Shown piece by piece: positions 56,143 through 64,000 of a stretch of DNA of 64,000 nucleotides. Source of the stretch: the human T2T-CHM13v2.0 reference genome, Homo sapiens; assembly GCF_009914755.1 (NCBI RefSeq), contig NC_060936.1; one strand, given 5' to 3'. Position 1 is the stretch's first letter. Every line of letters starts with the position of its first letter. Position numbers and translations under genes: made by a program. The notes below the pieces were generated by a model. The model was not told where the DNA came from. It saw only the letters and a program-made list of their open reading frames with translations, and ran no database searches.

Positions 56143-57049
56143 GGAAGGAGGAGCCAAGATGGCCGAATAGGAACAGCTCCGGTCTACAGCTCCCAGCGTG
56201 AGCGACGCAGAAGACGGGTGATTTCTGCATTTCCATCTGAGGTACCGGGTTCATCTCACTAGGGAGTGCCAGACAGTGGGCGCAGGCCAGTGTGTGCGCG
56301 CACCGTGCGCGAGCCGAAGCAGGGCGAGGCATTGCCTCACCTGGGAAGCGCAAGGGGTCAGGGAGTTCCCTTTCCGAGTCAAAGAAAGGGGTGACGGACG
56401 CACCTGGAAAATCGGGTCACTCCCACCCGAATATTGCGCTTTTCAGACCGGCTTAAAAAACGGCGCACCACGAGACTATATCCCACACCTGGCTCAGAGG
56501 GTCCTACACCCACGGAATCTCGCTGATTGCTAGCACAGCAGTCTGAGATCAAACTGCAAGGCGGCAACGAGGCTGGGTGAGGGGCGCCCGCCATTGCCCA
56601 GGCTTGCTTAGGTAAACAAAGCAGCCGGGAAGCTCGAACTGGGTGGAGCCCACCACAGCTCAAGGAGGCCTGCCTGCCTCTGTAGGCTCCACCTCTGGGG
56701 GCAGGGCACAGACAAACAAAAAGACAGCAGTAACCTCTGCAGACTTAAGTGTCCCTGTCTGACAGCTTTGAAGAGAGCAGTGGTTCTCCCAGCACGCAGC
56801 TGGAGATCTGAGAACGGGCAGACTGCCTCCTCAAGTGGGTCCCTGACCCCTGACCCCCGAGCAGCCTAACTGGGAGGCACCCCCCAGCAGGGGCACACTG
56901 ACACCTCACACGGCAGGGTATTCCAACAGACCTGCAGCTGAGGGTCCTGTCTGTTAGAAGGAAAACTAACAACCAGAAAGGACATCTACACCGAAAACCC
57001 ATCTGTACATCACCATCATCAAAGACCAAAAGTAGATAAAACCACAAAG
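56143..57049. promoter_or_regulatory. L1 5'UTR internal sense and antisense promoter; CpG-rich, YY1 site intact
   Basis: CAAGATGGCC YY1 motif at 56155-56164; dense CpGs at 56160-56650; AAACAAA SOX-type motifs at about 56614 and 56714. Confidence 0.9.
56379..56594 (-). CDS. ORF0: L1 ORF0, 71 aa, intact
   Basis: MAGAPHPASLPPCSLISDCCASNQRDSVGVGPSEPG...RCVRHPFL from the ATG at 56594. Confidence 0.85.
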   Translation of the reverse strand: MAGAPHPASLPPCSLISDCCASNQRDSVGVGPSEPGVGYSLVVRRFLSRSEKRNIRVGVTRFSRCVRHPFL

Positions 57050-58060
57050 ATGGGGAAAAAACAGAACAGAAAAACTGGAAACTCTAAAACGCAGAGCGCC
57101 TCTCCTCCTCCAAAGGAACGCAGTTCCTCACCAGCAACGGAACAAAGCTGGATGGAGAATGATTTTGACGAGCTGAGAGAAGAAGGCTTCAGACGATCAA
57201 ATTACTCTGAGCTACGGGAGGACATTCAAACCAAAGGCAAAGAAGTTGAAAACTTTGAAAAAAATTTAGAAGAATGTATAACTAGAATAACCAATACAGA
57301 GAAGTGCTTAAAGGAGCTGATGGAGCTGAAAACCAAGGCTCGAGAACTACGTGAAGAATGCAGAAGCCTCAGGAGCTGATGCGATCAACTGGAAGAAAGG
57401 GTATCAGCAATGGAAGATGAAATGAATGAAATGAAGCGAGAAGGGAAGTTTAGAGAAAAAAGAATAAAAAGAAATGAGCAAAGCCTCCAAGAAATATGGG
57501 ACTATGTGAAAAGACCAAATCTACGTCTGATTGGTGTACCTGAAAGTGATGTGGAGAATGGAACCAAGTTGGAAAACACTCTGCAGGATATTATCCAGGA
57601 GAACTTCCCCAATCTAGCAAGGCAGGCCAACGTTCAGATTCAGGAAATACAGAGAACGCCACAAAGATACTCCTCGAGAAGAGCAACTCCAAGACACATA
57701 ATTGTCAGATTCACCAAAGTTGAAATGAAGGAAAAAATGTTAAGGGCAGCCAGAGAGAAAGGTCGGGTTACCCTCAAAGGAAAGCCCATCAGACTAACAG
57801 CGGATCTCTCGGCAGAAACCCTACAAGCCAGAAGAGAGTGGGGGCCAAACATTCTTAAAGAAAAGAATTTTCAACCCAGAATTTCATATCCAGCCAAACT
57901 AAGCTTCATAAGTGAAGGAGAAATAAAATACTTTATAGACAAGCAAATGCTGAGAGATTTTGTCACCACCAGGCCTGCCCTAAAAGAGCTCCTGAAGGAA
58001 GCGCTAAACATGGAAAGGGACAACCGGTACCAGCCGCTGCAAAATCATGCCAAAATGTAA
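57050..58060 (+). pseudogene. ORF1: L1 ORF1p, disrupted (R110* and in-frame deletion of I267-F268)
   Basis: MGKKQNRKTGNSK...QNHAKM; TGA at 57377-57379 (CGA>TGA); REWGPNILK versus consensus REWGPIFNILK. Confidence 0.95.
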
Positions 58061-58123
58061 AGACCATTGAGACTAGGAAGAAACTGCATCAACTAATGAG
58101 CAAAATCACCAGCTAACATCATA

Positions 58124-61949
<3,826 letters not shown>

Positions 61950-62215
61950 ACAATGAGATCACATGGACACAGGAAGGGGAATATCACACTCTGGGGACTG
62001 TGGTGGGGTCGGGGGAGGGGGGAGGGATAGCATTGGGAGATATACCTAATGCTAGATGACACGTTAGTGGGTGCAGTGCACCAGCATGGCACATGTATAC
62101 ATATGTAACTAACCTGCACAATGTGCACATGTACCCTAAAACTTAAAGTATAATAATAAAAAAAAAAAGTTAAAAAAAAAAAAAAAAAGAGATAACAAGA
62201 AAGAAAAAAAAAAAA

Positions 62216-62335
62216 TATACTGAGCAGACAGAACAGTGGGCATACAGAAAAGATAGTAATTTTAATTGTGATCAATGTAAAATCCTGCAATTAAATACAA
62301 TTAATAAATATATTCTAGAGGATAAAAAAAAAAAA
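62216..62335 (+). other. L1 3' transduction (108 nt non-L1 sequence plus a second poly(A))
   Basis: Non-L1 sequence between the L1 tail and the right TSD; AATAAA at 62303-62308, 15 nt before the poly(A) starting at 62324. Confidence 0.88.
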
Positions 62336-64000
62336 AACTGGAAAAAGTACTTCTTGAAACAATACTTACACATTTTATGTGCAATGCAACCTCATAGTTT
62401 CTGTTCTTTTCTACTCTATTTGATTTACTAAATTGATCAACCTCAAATTTGAAAACATGAATTAAATATCATTTCCTCTAGGAATCTTCCTTGACCTCAT
62501 AAACTAGCTCATTGCTCCTGCTCTGTGATTTTACTAGATTTTGCACTTCCTGTATTGTAGCTCTAAATACATTTGGTGTTACGGTTTGTTTACTTTTCTG
62601 CCCTTTTAAAGACTGAAAAATGCAGAGACATAGGCTTAGTGTCTATCTTACTATCATGCTTTCTGCATTGAATACAGTACTTGTCTTATGTTAAGTGCTT
62701 AAAAATTAAAGTTGAATGATTTGGTAAGTGAAATCTAACCTATTTGAATTAATGACACTAAAAAATAAAGTTGTTGTGTTTGTTCTTGCTGTTGTTTAAA
62801 TCCTAAGAATCCTACGGATGAATTATTTCAAATATATCTTCAAGAAAAGAAATAAGTACAAGAAAGTTTTAATGAAAAAATTTTAAATGATCATAATGAA
62901 GAAAACAGAAAACACATCTTTTTGGCAACTCTCTCTACAAATGGCTATATTTCATCTTGTTTATACTATTGGTTATGGGTTATGAACTGCAAAATCCCAA
63001 TTTACACTGAGAGGATATCCTGAGAGTAACAGATTATCTCTAGCTATTGTTCCAGTGGAATGTGTCTGGAGAGAAATAAGGCATGTTACTTTATCATTTA
63101 AAAGTTAAAACAATTAGTCTTTCTTTTGGTACAAACATTTCAAAAAAGCTACATTCCAAATTGGTGAGTCAGGTAGAAATCAGAGGTTTGCTTATATTTA
63201 ATTAGGAGAATAAGTATTGCTCTTCACCCAGGCCATGGTGCCATTCTGTATTTTAACGTGACTTGCCAAGATTTTTCACACACATTTGTAACCTTGGTTT
63301 TAGCTATGTACAACCCTTTCATAATTTTCAGTAGTGAATTTATTGGGATTAGAAAAGAGAAGCTGGAAATGACTTCAGTGATACTTAAAATATATCTTTT
63401 TTGGCAAAAAACAATTTTCTCTCATTATTTTGGTTACTTTAAACACTGATTTATGAGAAATTCAATCCATTTGTTTTTATTTCATATATCACAAAAATGT
63501 TGTCACAAAAGAACTTTACAAACAGCCGTTTCCGCTCCCAGTAATATAGTGAAGCTTTGAATAGCCTATATTTTGTGTTAGGATTTTTGCCAAACACCAG
63601 GTTCCCAGTCAGATGACTCAGTACAGTGAAATGGATACAGACAAATATTATATGTTCCTTGGAATTATGTAGTATATACACGATATTAACAAAATGTATT
63701 TTCATATAAAGAAATAATTTTTGAGAGGGCCAATGTACATGGAAAAACACTAACTAAACAATTCCGTATTTTCAGCTGAAATAATCCTTACCCCATTTGT
63801 ATTAGGATAATCTCTGCTTCAAGGAAAAGAAAAACTTTAGAGACTTGCCTAACAGAGAAAGGTATTATCTCACATAATTTAGAGAAAACATTTAGAGACA
63901 GAAATTTAGAGAAAAATTGGTTTCTAAGTTGTTTAAGAAATTTGATGTCAAATGTGCTTTCTTTCCAGTCCTCAGGTCTGCCATCTTTCTTCCTCAGGAT

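Noticed and set aside
57410-58060. 216-aa ORF as a separate gene
   Set aside because: It is the ORF1 remainder downstream of the R110* stop.
63451-63750. Short ORFs in unique DNA (also 2296-2670, 25187-25591, 37234-37659, 46285-46479)
   Set aside because: No recognisable domain or exon structure; lengths expected by chance.

Overview
Primate, almost certainly human, genomic DNA: AT-rich, repeat-dense, intronic or intergenic, with no host protein-coding exon I can recognise. The main feature is a full-length human-specific L1 (pre-Ta, ACG/A) at about 56.1-62.2 kb. ORF1 has a nonsense codon and ORF2 has a 2-bp frameshift, but the 5'UTR promoter and antisense ORF0 are intact. Inside its 14-bp target-site duplication (TSD) it carries a 108-nt 3' transduction with its own AATAAA and poly(A). 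It also carries a short 5' extension matching the start of that transduced segment, which looks like the parent element's TSD captured at both ends. Other structures: a mosaic THE1 provirus (9.06-11.71 kb), a 5'-inverted L1PB, a doubly truncated L1PA ORF2 fragment abutting an Alu, nine Alus, three 5'-truncated L1PAs, MaLR/ERVL LTRs, hAT MERs, MIR/L2 relics and microsatellites. Subfamily calls come from recalled consensus diagnostics, and boundaries of old repeats are approximate. I see no evidence of a new protein-coding system.
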